Part shown: positions 11,998 to 25,882 of the stretch, piece after piece
How the letters are laid out: each line of letters begins with the position of its first letter
Numbering within the stretch: position 1 is the stretch's first letter
Assembly (NCBI GenBank): GCA_028534125.1
Contig: CM052817.1
Span: 6,758,001 to 6,822,000, forward strand
Source of the DNA: Lama glama
Lineage: Eukaryota
Reading direction: 5' to 3'
Length of the DNA stretch: 64,000 bases
Notes under the pieces: generated by a model
The model's database searches: none
Seen by the model: the letters and a program-made list of their open reading frames with translations, nothing else
What the model was told of the DNA's origin: nothing
Program-made: the position numbers and the translations under genes

Positions 11998-12829
11998 AGT
12001 CAGCAGTTTAGACTTACATACTATTTAGCCATAATTATTTCCTTAAGATTAATTTCTAGAGATAATTGTATTAAGTCAAAGAGAAAACGCTTTAAATATG
12101 AGCCTTTTATACATATCTCCATAGTTATTAGAACATCTGTTTCCATGAACTTTGCAAATATTGGATTGCATCATTCTTTTTTAAAAAAATCAGCATAGTT
12201 TATTAAGAAAGGAAATCTCACTTTTGTATTGTTTTGGTTCACAAGGAAATTGAACTCCTTCTTGGATCATTGTTTTTTTGTGCTCATATGCTTTTCCCAT
12301 TTGTCTACCTGAGAGTGAGTGGGAGGCATTTATCTAGTTAGTTAAATATGATAGCTCTTTATATTTTATCTTCATATTTTAAAGATATTTTTCTGTCATA
12401 TAGTTTTCACATTTGTTTCCCATGTTAGACTTGTAGCATTGCAAAAGGAAATATCATTATTTAATGCCCCAAGGCAATTAGCAACACATGGATTCTGCCA
12501 ATAGGAGGAAATAACAATATTAAATAACCTTTAAATAACAGTAAGTGTTAAAAAAAATCTCCAAAAATCTGTTTACAGTTAAATGATAGTCTAGTTTGGC
12601 AATACCATATTGAGAAATCACTATACTGCATTTAAAAACATGTTTTGACATTTGTCATGTCTTCTCAGAAAATTTGTTTCCTGCACTGAGCCTCCAGTTC
12701 TTCAATATGGAGAGTCTGGATTCGACTATTCCTAATGTCTTTCCCAGCTTTGAATTTGTGCTCACCTACATTATTCAGCTCTGCAGGGAACAATCCCACC
12801 TGATCAGTCAATCAGCTAGACCTTCAGTC

Positions 12830-13055
12830 TGTACAGTGCATTCAGCAAGTATTCACTGAATGTTGCGCATTGTTTTAGATGCTGGAGTTAAAGCACTAAA
12901 CAGCTCAGAAAAAGTCCCTGCCCTGTGGTACCTACGGAGGAAAGAAAGACAGCCAACAAGCAACCTGGTGACTTGTGTACCAAGAATAGTGACAGGAAGA
13001 ATGACAGGGATGCTACTCAAAGTGGATGGACAAGGAAAATCTCTCTGAGGAGTGC
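12830..13055 (-). mobile_element. L2 3' fragment
   Basis: 'cattcagcaagtattcactgaatg...cattgttttagatgctggag...aaagtccctgccctgtgg'. Confidence 0.7.
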
Positions 13056-16000
13056 ATCATTAATTTTTTACCTCTGGCTCTCTTTATAACCTAGTAAAGG
13101 AGTTCATGTGTAGTGGGGCGGGGAAGATTTTATATTCATTTTAGATGTAGTTTACTAAACCCACCTGTGGACTGTTCAGTGAAATTTCCTGTATTAAACC
13201 CATCCCTCAGGTCCATCTTATTTCTATATACTCTGTAAAACATCTCCTTGATTATACTTAGTTGCAAATTAATTATCCCCTACTTCATGGTCTCAGTCTA
13301 CTTTGCAAAAGGTCTCTCCAGTTGGGTAGGAGGCACTGAGACATGAATAAAAGAAATTTCACATGCCTGGGTCCACAGCTGTGCTAAACTTTCCTTTAGG
13401 TCTCCTTCTGCCCTCTGGCACAGTCCACTAGCTGACCACTATCATTATCTTCTTCTTCCTTCTTCCTGGAGGAAGCACTGTGGGGCGCATCCATGCCTGG
13501 TCCATGAAAACATCTTCACCTTCATGTTCTTTTTCAATTCGGGCAAACTTCTTGTTGTAGTTGTTAGAACTGCCATCCCTTTGGGTCCCTGAAGCAATAT
13601 ATAGAGCAGACATATACCCCAATTCCTCTACTCCAAACCTATGTGTGTCCTAGAAATGCCCTTGCATAATTTTATTCTGTAGAGGTGTTGCATTTTGGGT
13701 GTATCTATCACAAACTTTAGCTAGCTACCTTAACCCATATCCTCTGGCAGTGGCTATCAAATAGTATACCCTGCATGAATGGGCACTCAATGGAAACTTA
13801 ATTTGATGACTCAAAATTGGGAAGAGCATATGGAGTAGCAGAATTAGAATTTCATGTATATTTTCCAGCTCCATGACTCTCATCCCCTTTGTAGCATAAA
13901 ACTTCTGCCAAGAAAGCCCTACTAAAGATTGAGATAATTAAGTACCAGTGGAGAAGATAATCTGAAAAACATCCACTTCCTGCCGGGCAAGTTGGATCAT
14001 TAACTGGTTTCCTCATCATTTTTATCTCAACTTTTGTTTACTTATCCTCTTAGTTAATGCCCATCAAAGTATTTACTCAGATTTCCTCACCTGTTTCCCA
14101 TATTTACTCTTAACTACAGTATTATATTTTATCCAAGTCTGTTACTTTCTCCCAATTCTGTCTTGACCTATTTTACTTCTTAACATCCTGATCTATTATC
14201 TGAGCAATCTATCAACACCATTCCTCTCAACTTCCAGAGATCAGCTAAACAGTCAAGTTCCCGACAGAAATCTTGTGTGATGGCGCAGAATGGAGTCTAG
14301 ACCTCCATGAAGAACAATGTAACTAGAAGAACTTTCTCTGCCCAAAGCATTGCACATATGAAAATAGAGATATGGACCAAAAGTATACAATAATGAGTGC
14401 TGGGAACTGAAGGAGGTGGTTACGGTGATAAAGTCCCTTCTCTCCTGTTCCTTTTTTTCTTCTTACTGAGTGAGGAAAACTGAGGCCCAGGAGAGCTTGA
14501 TGACTTGTCTAAGATCTCATAATAATGGCTGAGAAGAAAATCAGTTCAGTGACTGTTACAGAAGGAATCAGAATCCAGAGGATTTCCATTCTGGAAAGGA
14601 CTCTGGCAATGGGATTAACCCTGAGATTCCATTCTAGGGACAGAGTGCACAAATACTGTCAGTTACCCAGATGCCTTGCATCTGTCATCTCCAGTCCTGA
14701 TAACATCCCCATGATGGAGGTATTGTTATCTTCATTTCAAAAATAAATCAGGTTGGTAGTAATTGATGTGAAGAAACTTACACAGACATTTTACAATTTG
14801 CTTACTTGGGATTTAACTTCAGGTCTTTCCGGAGACCAAGAATTTCTGCTTTTATCTGACATGGTGTCAGAATCAGTTCTGTGAAGACTCAAAGCACATT
14901 GTCCAAGATTTTAGCCAGTCTTTACAATAGCCTGAAAATACTAAACTGTTTCCTCATTTTAAATAATCCTCTAATTTATTCAGTGTATTCATCCAGAGGT
15001 TCTCTCATTAATAAAACAATTTTTTATATCAAGGCATTTGCAACCTAAATGAGAAAGACACAAATAATATTAACTACATTATTAAATGTTCAGCTTACAC
15101 TAACTTTAAATTTTGCATTCTGTCCTTTTGAAATGAAGGGTTTTTCTCTTAGTTCATTGGAGTTTTGTTGGGTTGAATAAGATAGGCGATCATTCTTTGT
15201 AATCAAGGAGGGTATTCAGATGGTAGTTCTCAAATTCATTTGTATTTAATCATTTACTTATTTACTGATTTGCTTATTTCTTCCTAATAAGCTGCAGTGT
15301 AATATATAGCATGTGGTCACTAAGTCCTGAGTGACAGCCTGCCTGTCTTCACACTTAGATGCATGGCCTTGAGAAAATAATCGAGTTTCAGCAGGGCCTT
15401 CTTGGCTTCAGTTTCTTAAGCAATTCAGAAATTCTGGGCCTCCAATACCTCCCAAGTAATTTGTGCACCATTTGGTGATTTTAAAGCTATTGAGTGATGT
15501 GGTGAAATAATGGTTTGGAATCCAACTTGAGAACTTTAAATTGCTAAGAAAATCTTCATGTTTTATTAAGAGCATTTCATATTCATTTCAAAAAAAAAAG
15601 CATAGATGTATTCCAGGGCAAATGACTGATCACACTCCCATGATTTGTAGAAAATTGTAATAAAAGAATCATGCCTTTTCTCAACAAAAGGAATTTGGAA
15701 AATTTCTAGTAGAGAATTTATCTAGATTTCATTTCTGTTGTAAATTAGGATTGTGGAAATAAAAGACACAAGAAATAGATGGTATACCATCAAAACATGT
15801 GTGTTTGGATGAATTTCTAACCAGGAATGTCTGAAAAAGCTGAAGAGCAAAGAAAATTGATGTCAGAAATTAAAGAATCTTAGAATTCTAATGAACAAGC
15901 CTACTTTCTGAGATTCATTTCACTGTCAAGTAGCATGATGTCTTTATTAAGTATAGGCTGCAGTATCAAAGGAAAATGTTGCATCTTCTTTTTAACCCAG

Positions 16001-18439
16001 TGGAGGGTAAAAAGGATTCAAGTAGCCTTCATTTTCCTTCATTTTTCTGAAAGTGTAAATGCTTGCCCTTCAGCTTGGGCATTGGGAAATCTTGTTTGGA
16101 TTGCTCCTTCACGTTCATCTTGGCTCTCTCAAATTCTCCCAGAGATCCAGCGCTGAGAAGCTCAAGACTCAAAATCTGGTTCAGGGAGGTCACAGAGGGA
16201 AAGAAACACAAGATGCCCTGACCCTTTCCAGGCAAGAGCACACCTCTGAGAAAACAATCGCTCTGCTCAGTAAAGGAGAGACTGGTACCATGGAACTTGC
16301 CTTCTTTGAGACCATAAAGTTTATAATCCACTCTAGGAAACAAGTGTCCTCTTCAAGCCTTCCCCACAACTTCAACCCCCTTCCATTTTGCCGATTGCTA
16401 ACATTGCTCATTGACCAAATCCACCCATCTCTCTGGGGTTTAGATTCATGACCTCTAAAGGTCAAGGCTGAGTCCGTTCCTATTTCTGTTCATCTTCTTG
16501 GACAAGAAACATTAACATGCAACAGGGTCTTGCTTGGTCTGGAGACATGACCCTTCTGACTCAACTCACCTGTGTTTCAGGAAGGTCAATGAATTTATCG
16601 GACTCCAAAAAATGCCGTTCTTAGGATTCCAGCACAACTGGCTCACTCTTCCCACTGGGTAAGTCTGTTAACCTTCTCTGAGCTGTAGTTTTTTCATCTT
16701 TAAAGTTACAGGATGCCAATGTGCGCTCCCCAGAGTTCCCCTGGCATTTAAAACTCCCTGGACACCATGTCCAGGGAGGAAGTTTCTACCAATCTTTTCC
16801 AACTCTGATTTCATAGTCCTAGGACTTGAATGGATGCTTCTAGCTTCACTTTGTGTGTTTCCTGAGCAATCTGGCTGTGCCTTTGATAATTATTACCTCT
16901 GCCTTTTAACTTGCTCTGAGCAAGTTCATCTACACAGACTGATTAGCTGGGAAACCTTTCAATATCGGGGTGAACTAACAGGTATAATTTTCTTACCCTC
17001 TTTTTATGAATGTAGACTGAGACCTAGAAAGAATTTTTTTTTCCTTCAAAACACTTAACACACTATGGTGTAACAAAATTATTTCTAGTTCTATAACATT
17101 TGTCTTCCCCGTGGGGCTGCCAGAACCTCGAAAGCAATGCCCTACTTGTTTTGTTACCAGTCTCTGTGACCAACCTCTAGAATGTTCCTGGCCCACAGTA
17201 AGTATTTATTAAATTAGTGAATAGATTGGCTACTATAAGGAGGACCACTGGGCCTGCGTCTTACAATAACCAATGTCCACAAATTTAGATCTTTCTTATA
17301 GCCTCCAAATGAAATTACACGCCCAGTAATATATAAACTTACAGAACTGGGGACAAGAGAAGTTTCTCATAGAAATATAAAGTTTTGTCCTGTTTTCTGA
17401 CCACTCCTGCTGTAGTGGCCTAGTGAAGAATTTTTATAAACCAAATCTTGGGATAATTATTATAGTGGTATTTTCTTCTAGAAAAAGAGTCAATATTAAA
17501 TAGAAATATTTTGATAATTTGTTTATTTCATTTTTTAATACATCCAGAGCATCAAAAAATCAAAGTTCCTTGAGTGTACTCAACCTTGGAGAGACTCTAT
17601 AATTGAATGAATGAATGCATGAATGAATGAAGTGGTTTGGTCTCCCACTCAGAGCTGGGCTTCCTACCTGGGCCTCCTGACCCCTAATCCGGATTCTGAA
17701 TGTCTTGGGGGCATGTGTCAAAGCGCTCTCATCTCTGAAGCCCTGTGCTGGGCTTTCTCTGTATGACTCACTGCCTCGCCCTTCTTCCCTTGGATACCGT
17801 CCTAGTCGTTAGGCAGGTTCCAGCTGAGCTGCAGCCTTCCCCAGGAGCCCCTCCCTGGTGCACCTTCCTTCATTCTGGCTTGTGAGCTTCCTGGAGACAG
17901 GGACCTGCCATTCCTTTATCGCAGTGTCTGACACGGTGAACATGTGCAGGAAGAGTTCTCAAGTTGTTGACTTAATTCTGCGCAACCAACTAACCCTGTA
18001 TAGAGCTGGCCGTGATCAGTGCTTGTTGAAAGTGGTCTACTTTGCAACCATTTCTCTGCCTGGGAATCTGCTGTACTTCTTCTCCTAGGCTGCTGTCAGT
18101 ACCCACAGTGAGAAGAGAAGCAAGTAATCAAAATAAATTAACCCTCCCTCCAGGCCAACTGTGTTATTCTGGACACAGTGACAAAATGTATGGAAAAGTT
18201 TTTCTGACTTTAATGCATTTAACTGGACGTGAGCTCTGTGACTCCACAGTTGGATTATCAGTCTTATGCCCTAGAACTTCTTATTGCCTGTGCTCGCTTT
18301 TCTTATCAGCACTTGTACTGATGGCTGAGATTACTCAGGTCAGACTGTGACGCACCCACTGTTGCCTTCCCATCATTTAATGGCCTTCCGTTTAGACGTC
18401 TGTTGGTTCTTTACCCAAGATTGCAGAATACACTCATAT

Positions 18440-18580
18440 GGTTAATCAATAGTTAATTCAACAAATATTTATTGAGTACCTACTATGCGCTAAGCACTAT
18501 TTTAATGCTGGTGCTATAGCAGCCAACAAGGCAAAAAAAAAAAAAAAGAACCCTTGCCTTCATGATGCTTATATTTTAGT
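18440..18580 (-). mobile_element. L2 3' end
   Basis: 'attcaacaaatatttattgagtacctactatgcgctaagcact'. Confidence 0.85.
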
Positions 18581-18637
18581 GCTTATTTTCAGTTTTAATA
18601 TTTTGTAAAAATCTTTGCAATTAGTTATTACAATTGA

Positions 18638-19175
18638 TGTAGCAGATGTCATTGGTGCATTTTTGCTACCCTTGTTTTTATTTTAACAGAAAAAAGTCCC
18701 AATTTTTGTCAAGTAGAAGGTAGTCTTCTGTGGGTCCTCCTCAGCCCCAGGGAGCGAATCAGGACTGGACTCAGCCTGGCCTCGTCGATTCCATCTCCCT
18801 GGCAAGTGATTGATTTAGAGAAGCACACGTCATGCAACTCTGGCCAGTGGTTCAATTAGAACAGTTGTGCTGGGAGGGTCTGGCAAAGCTTGTCTGTTTC
18901 TTAAAATGGGACATGAGACCTGGATGCTGTGTTTCCTCATTGAGGCATTGTCAATCCATGTGACATCTGGCACTGGAACAGCCATCCTGGGACAAGGAGG
19001 ACAAGCCACACTGAAGAGAAGGAAAAAAGGAATCTATACTCCTGGTGATGACCCTTGACTGCTAACTTTACTGACCCTGGGGCTCCCACACTGCCAACTT
19101 GTTGCTTTGTGAGAGCATGTAACTTTCCCCATTTTTCAGCTGGCTTTCTGTAGCTTACAGCCAAAATGGGCTTCA
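18638..19175 (+). mobile_element. old MaLR LTR (MLT1I/J-like)
   Basis: 'tgtagcaga...tgattgatttagagaagcacacgtcatgcaactctggccag...tgtgacatctggcactggaacagccatcctg...ttacagccaaaa'. Confidence 0.7.
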
Positions 19176-19228
19176 TGCTGTGGTTGGTAATAAAGACCTA
19201 TTTTTACTGTGCCCAGGATAGTGTAACT

Positions 19229-19451
19229 CAGAGGTCAGAAACCTTTTTCTGTAAAGGGACACACAGTAGGGACTTTTGGCTTTGTGGATCTTATGGTCTC
19301 TCTCACATCTATTCAACTGTGCTGCTGTAGCTGGAAAGCAACCATAGATCACATGCAAATAGACAGGCATGACTGTGTTCCAATAAACTTTATTTACAGA
19401 AACAAGACCTGGGATGGATATGTCCTGTAGACAATAGCTTCCGAACCCCCG
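19229..19451 (+). mobile_element. full-length MER58A hAT MITE
   Basis: TIR-like ends cagaggtcagaaac / gcttccgaacccccg; 'tgtgttccaataaactttatttacaga'; degenerate 8-bp TSD gtgtaact/gtataatg. Confidence 0.85.
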
Positions 19452-19972
19452 GTATAATGCAGAGCCCGTGGATATTGGAGTTACACAAAGTTTGTCTGAA
19501 ACCTCATTTCTGTTATTTTTGCTGTTTTATGGTACACATTTAAGCATATGAAGTGTACGTATTTAGTTGTTTATATTATTCGTCTTTCCCATCAACATGT
19601 GAAATCCGTAAGGAAATGGTCTTTCTTCTCTTATCCACTGCTGTAGCCCAATGCCTAGAAGAGTGTTCAATGACTTCATCTGTGTATGTGTGGTTGGAAG
19701 TTTTAGTTATGTTACTGTTTCTGCACGAGGAGAGTGACTGCATCATAGACTTGTCAGCGTAGCACCTTAATAGGCACATTTCACACAGAAGACACTCCCT
19801 CTCCACGCAGGTTAATTGGTTGCAGAATTAATGCAGTCTCCTTTAGCCTACTGCCACAATTTTCAAAATCCCAACCATCTTCCATTTGGGTCAATGCTAT
19901 TGGTGATGACATTGACTGTTCTAGTACTTAGTTATATACGTGTGTGTGTGTATGTGTGTGTGTGTATGTGTA

Positions 19973-20207
19973 CAGTTGACTTTTGCACAATGCAGTGGGT
20001 TAGGGGTGCCAACAACCCTACACAGTGAAAAATCACCACTTAACTTTGTAGTCAGCCCTCCAGATCCACTGTTCTGTGTCTGTCTCTCCATATCCACGAA
20101 TTCAACCAACTGATCATGCAGAAAGTCAATACAATATCTACTGAAAAAAAAATCTGCATATAAGTGGACCCATGCAGTTCAAACCAATGCTATTCAAGGG
20201 TCAACTG
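19973..20207 (-). mobile_element. Tigger2-derived MITE (Tigger2a-like, TcMar)
   Basis: TIRs cagttgactttttgcacaa / tattcaagggtcaactg; TA on left flank; same family as 61570-61788. Confidence 0.85.
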
Positions 20208-21289
20208 TGTATATGATATACCTTATATAATGTACATGTAGGTATCTGTCTTGGAGACAAGGAACGATTTTGTGATTCCTGTATTGCGCACAGTGTTTTC
20301 AAACTGCCTGAAACTGAGTAAGTATCTACTGAAGGTGAGTTTATTGTCCTATTTAGCAATGGGCCGATACATTTAATTAACTCATAAATCAAAAGGTTAA
20401 TTCAAAGGAAAGAGATTTTAATTGAGCACCTGCTGTGAGCCCAGACTTCTACTTACGGACATGTTAAATCTCTCACAGCCTCTTCCTGAGGGATGCTGGT
20501 TAACAGCCTTCACCTACAGAGAGATGGCATCTCTCAGAGATTAAGTCATTTACTACAGGTCGTATCCAGACCCTGGCCTTTCTCTCTAAAGCAGGTCTTT
20601 GCAGAAGAATATACTTAGTGATTACCAAGTGAACTTTATAAGACCTGAGTTTCAAGAAAATATTCATAAAAACAGTTTTTCTTTGCTTCTTTCCTTGTCC
20701 ATCTCTTTGCTCGGGGTGGACGGGTTGGTTAGAACTCCTTAATTACTTCCAGCCCGTCATTGCATGGTGTTTCTCATCAGATCTTTGATAGACCTCAGAT
20801 GGAAAGCAGGATTTACAAACTCCCATTTTTTTAATAAGTGAGCAAGCCAACCAGGAAACTCACTAGCTAAAATTAAGTATGGTCGGAATAGAGAAAAAAC
20901 TCATAAAAAACTCTTTTGTAGAGCAAAGCAAGGTCGATGACTTTCCAAGTACTAGTTCTTGGTTACAGAACAGTTTCTAATTCTAGCTCTTTGCTGTGGG
21001 TTCTGTGGACAGAATGAGAGAATTCAGAACGTTCTACTTACACCTGGCGATGAGAGGAAATTGATGATACAGGTGCCCACTCAGACCTGGGCACTGGTGT
21101 AAGATTCGATTCACATGAAGCCATCCACACATTCATACCCTGTGCCCGCCTCAGGACCTGAGCTGTCCCTGACCCTATCACAGGCCAGGCTTATGACTTG
21201 TACCCTGGGATCCACCTGCTCTTGCTAGTCCAGGGCTTACCCCCATCCCTCCCACTGAATTTGTCTCCTTCGTTATGATTTATTTTTGT

Positions 21290-22510
21290 TTACTGAAATA
21301 TCAGTATACTCAATATCTCCCATCTCGAGAACTCAGATAGTCCCTAAACAATCTCTGCCTCATAACCTTCAACCACTGCCCTGCTTTTCTGCTTTGTCTT
21401 ATAGCAAAGGTCTTCAACATATTTATTGGTTGAATTCATTTTCTCGCTTCCTGGTCCCTTCTTATCTTTCCAACACTGTTGTCTGAAGCCGCTCTTGCAA
21501 AGGTCATTAACAATCTCCTTCCTGCCAGATCCAAAGGTCAGTTTGTAACCAGCTCTCTTCGGAGTCAGCCACTCAGCCAGTCTTTCTTTAAAATATTCTT
21601 CACTTGGCCATCAAGATCCTGTATTCTCTTGCTTCTCCTCCTCTTCCAGGGGCCACTTTTCTGTCCCCTTTGCATGGCTAGTCCTCCTTTCTATCTAGAT
21701 TTTCTCCCTGGGAGAGCTTATCCAAGCCTACAGCTTTATAGACCTTCTGTGTGCCAGTGGCTTGAATACTGACCTCTTCCTTGGACCTCAGGTTCAACAT
21801 CCCCCCTTGAACTCCAGTCGGCTTGTCAACCTTACCTTGCACAAAATAAATGTTTATCTTAAATAAAACTCTTGATTCCTACATTCCAAAATTCCTCTTC
21901 CTCTAATCTTCCTCATCTTGGTAAACACCAACATCATCCCCTCAATTTCTCTTCTCTTTTCCACACTTGTTACTGTCTATCCATTTGCAAATTTTGTTAG
22001 TTTAAAAATTAAAATTCAAGGCAAATTTGAGCATTTCCTCACCTCTTCTTCTAACACTCAGGTCACTCAATTCCCTCCAGTCTGTCAAGATTTATCCCAG
22101 CCTAAGGAGCTTTGCAGTTTCTCTTGGTTCTTGAATTCTAATCATGCTGACCTCCACAGAGCTCGTGCCCTTGCCTCATTCAAAGATTTCACATCTTTAG
22201 AGACCTCTTTTGACAGCCATTTCTAAAACAACTTCCTCCAGTGTGACCTCCTGTCAGTGTAGTTTATTTTTCTTCCTAGCACTTAACATCCATCTGAAAT
22301 TATATGGTATATTTATTTATTTATTTACTTACTTTCTGTCATCTGTGTCTCCTAGTAGGAGGTAAGGTCTGTAAGAATAGGGACCTTGCTTTTGTTGGAT
22401 TGTGTATTCTTTATACGGGATTTTACATAATTGTGTGCAGGGTTCTTTTGCCAGTGCCTAAAAATGGACCTGGCATATGTTAGATACTCCATAAATATTA
22501 GTTGAACTCA
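21290..22510 (+). mobile_element. L2 LINE 3' portion (fragmented)
   Basis: 'gctcttgcaaaggtcattaacaatctccttcctgccagatccaaaggtca' through 3' end 'cctggcatatgttagatactccataaatattagttgaa'. Confidence 0.8.
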
Positions 22511-23306
22511 TTAATTTTTTGGCATGAGCCCTTATATTTGCATGTTGCCAGTGAAATATCTAAGTTGTTCTTTCATATAAGCATTGTATAATGATAATAA
22601 TTAACCTTTATTCCTTGCTTAGAGTACGTCAGGCCTTTCGCTAAGGACTTTGATCAGCATTGTCTGAGATGTAGGAGAGACTGTCCTCCTCCAGAGAGGG
22701 GTCACACCACCCGGTCGAAGGAAATGTGGATGGTATGCTGTGTTACTTCTCCACCCCATACTGTTGACATAGGAAAGCGCTTTGGAGCCTTCCGTGGCCA
22801 GCCCGGCGTTACGGGCTCTGTCTGTGCACCTCAAGCAGCTGAGAGGCTGACACACCCACCCTGCTGATGCTGAGCGGTTGGTCTGCAGCCCAGGTTGCCT
22901 GCCGCCTGGCCTGCACCAGGTGCTCAGCTCAGGTGCTCTTTGTCCCTGCTGTCGGGACTGGAGGTCCTTCCCAGGGTCTCTCCTAGTGAGCAGGATCAGC
23001 TCAGGGAGCTGGCGCCCACATTCAGGGGCAAATGTGTTCCATTGGTTGAGAATTTGGCAGCAAGTTTCCGAAGGTGGCATGGACGGCTTCAGTCTTTGTT
23101 TAACCTGCCCCCTAAGCGGACAGGTGCTTTCACACGTATTACTTTAGTAATCTTACCTTGACCTCACATCATCCTTATGAAGTGGGTGTGAGTGTTTTGA
23201 TTCACAGACAAAAGACACTATGACACGTTCAGGGCCATGAAGTGACAGTGGTGGAAGTTGATTCTCAAGTATCATCCCTGGCTTCATCTCTCCCCACCTC
23301 AGTGGG

Positions 23307-23363
23307 TACACGCACACACATGCACACACACGGGCACATACACATGCACACACAGCATGCACA
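23307..23363. repeat. imperfect (CA)n
   Basis: directly visible. Confidence 0.85.
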
Positions 23364-25414
23364 CTTTTCTCTAGCTGTAATGGAAATTGTGAAGGTCTTT
23401 AAACTCCCCATGCCTACCTCAGATCTGGGTATTCACCCTTCTCTCGTTTTCTCTCCTGGGAAACTAGCCCTCCTCTCAAGCTTTCTGTCTCTGGCACCTT
23501 CTCTGACCCCATGAATTTCTTTGTTCCCAGAGAGCCTTGCATTTGCACTATTATAACCCTATCAGTCAGATCTCTTTTTGATGTAAAAGATGGAAATCCA
23601 GTTCCAACTGGTTTAGTAGAAAAGTTCTGGGGTTCTCTGGCTTCAGGCATTGCTGGATCCAGGGGCTCAAATTATAGTATAAGATTCTTCCTTTCTCTCT
23701 CTCTGGCAACACTCCTCTCTGTTCATTGGCTCCCGAATCAGACAGGCTCTCTCTCTGGGTGGAAGGAAAGAGGGCAACTGGAAGTCCTGGGTCTCTGCAA
23801 CTTATTGTCCTAGAGACAACTTATTGTCTCAATAGATTCAGGAGAAAAGCAATATATGAATGCATAAGCCAACCATGTTCTGGTTCTTCCTCTTCTTGTG
23901 TGAGCAGGGGGGCAGAGCAGACCCATCCAAACTGCATGGAATGGTAAACATTACAGGAAAGAAATGCTGAGCAACCGTAAATGCCCACGATATTCATCTC
24001 ACGTTTTTGTTGTTTTCTTTTGTTTTAAGTCTATTTTCTTCACATTTTCTATACTAGTTCCATCAGGGAAAGGGTCCTGCCCACCCCTATATGGCAGATC
24101 CCAGGCACGCTGCCTGACACACATTGGATACTTAATAAGTATTCCAAAATGAAGAAATTAAACCAATTATGACAGTGTATCAAGTTGTTTTTTCCTTAAT
24201 TACAAGACTCCTGAATTGTGCTGACCTAACAGAAACTGGGTCCCTGACTCTCGAGATCCAGCTGCCGGACCAGCTCTACATCCCCCGCTCGCTTGGGAAG
24301 CTGCCTGACGCCCAGTATTAGACCCACTTGTTGAGACTTGCTCCAGGCACCTAATGCTGATCTAATTATCTCCATCCGCCTGCCCAACCAGGCTTCCTCT
24401 GACTGCTGCTTCTGAAAGCTGGAGCCACTGCCTACTTTGACACATTGTGTCTGTCCTCGTCTCTAGGTCTTAGGGCAGAAGACAAGAACAAGGAAAAACA
24501 AAAACAATAGCAAACACTAATACTCATATGTCCCTGATAGCTTACAAAGCACTTTTCTACAAACAACTTCTTTTTAATACTTACTGTAAATATCGGGGTT
24601 TTATTACCAGTTCAGAGATGAGGAGACGGAGACTAAGCTATCTTATTATCAATCCAGTTCATGTCTTGGCCGGTAATTCTGCCTCTATTCATAGGCAGCC
24701 TATGGCATGTCCAGAGTAGAAAGATCTAAATGAAATGCAATGATTAGAGGAGAACATTCTAAGCCCTTTCATAACAACCATCTGGTGAGGCAAACAGTGT
24801 TTATTTATTCAAGCTAATGAAATTGAGACATACAGAGAAGGGAGCTGCCCGAGGGACAGGCCAGACCCCAGTCTTGGTTTTCAGCTATAATTTGCCAAGC
24901 TGCTCTCCTGGAGTTTCGGTGGCCCAAGGTCTGTCTCTTCTGTGCCTGGACTTATCGCCCCCTCATGTCCTGGTCGTCATCTTCAGCTTATTCCATGCCC
25001 TTTTCATTTCAGGGGTGTGTTTCGATGACATGGAGGTGACCTCAGCTGTAGATGAAGCGTGACTGACACATTCTCCAGCTAGCTCAAGATGACTTAGCTG
25101 GCGGCTCACTGGGAACGCAGCATGCTGGTTCCGTGTGCCAGGAGGGCTTGTGCCTGAGGCGACAAGCCTCAGCCTGCCAAGGCTGGCACACAGGAGGCCA
25201 TGCGCGTCGTAGACCTGTAGGCCTTTTGTCAGTGGTGGGTTTCCCTCCATCAGAGTCCTGGGAAGACCCTAGAGCATCTTCAAGGTGAGCAATAGAAATA
25301 CGCTTCTCAGAATCACAGTGCCCGGGTAGGGGCTAAGGCCCAGGCAGTGCATCTGCTGGAGTACACCACGATTACAGGAAACGCAAGAACGTTTAACATG
25401 CTTACCCGTAGTCT

Positions 25415-25882
25415 TGTGAATGAAAAATCCTGCCAGCTACATCAGGAAACAAAGGATGCTGTGGCCATCAGGTCATCAGCCACTGCCGCCACCCCGACAG
25501 TGAGCTCAGGATGGAGACAAGCAGGCAGCGGGGCTTCTGCAGCCACCCCCAGCCGTGCCCCTGAGGGAACTCAGGATGTGCAAGAGCAGGAGACCGGCTC
25601 AGGCCGCTAGGTGCACATCAAAGGAATGATTTTAATGAGTCCAGGTTTTGCACCTTCCCACACATAGAAAAGCGCTAGATTCCTGAACTTGAGATACCTG
25701 GTTTTCTTTAATGGACAGCAATCTTTTGATGTTCCTCCTGCCTGGTCTTTGTTGCAAAAGTGCCTGTGTATCCCGCGTCCCCCCTTGCTGCTTCGTTCGG
25801 TCTCTTAGAGCTTGAGTCCTCAGCAAGTGCGCCGATAAAACCTAACTCCCAACTTTCAGGCTGCATATGTTTTCAGTCAACA
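25415..25882 (+). mobile_element. ERV1-class solo LTR (cetartiodactyl type)
   Basis: TG (25415)...CA (25882) termini; perfect 4-bp TSD GTCT at 25411-25414 and 25883-25886; internal dimeric 'gccacccc...ctcaggatg...agcagg' unit; 3' end 'gataaaacctaactcccaactttcaggctgca...ttttcagtcaaca'. Confidence 0.9.

Noticed and set aside
16059-16451. 130-aa ORF with a plausible acceptor at 16142
   Set aside because: No convincing donor or homology; overlapping ORFs on both strands suggest chance.
18290-18319. U6 snRNA 5'-like sequence (GTGCTCGCTT...CAGCAC)
   Set aside because: Only 10+6 matching bases with a non-matching spacer, no continuation and no TSD; probably chance.
22619-23080. Longest ORF (153 aa, minus strand)
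   Set aside because: No recognisable domain; composition (R/P/G/S/L-rich) typical of chance ORFs in GC-rich DNA.
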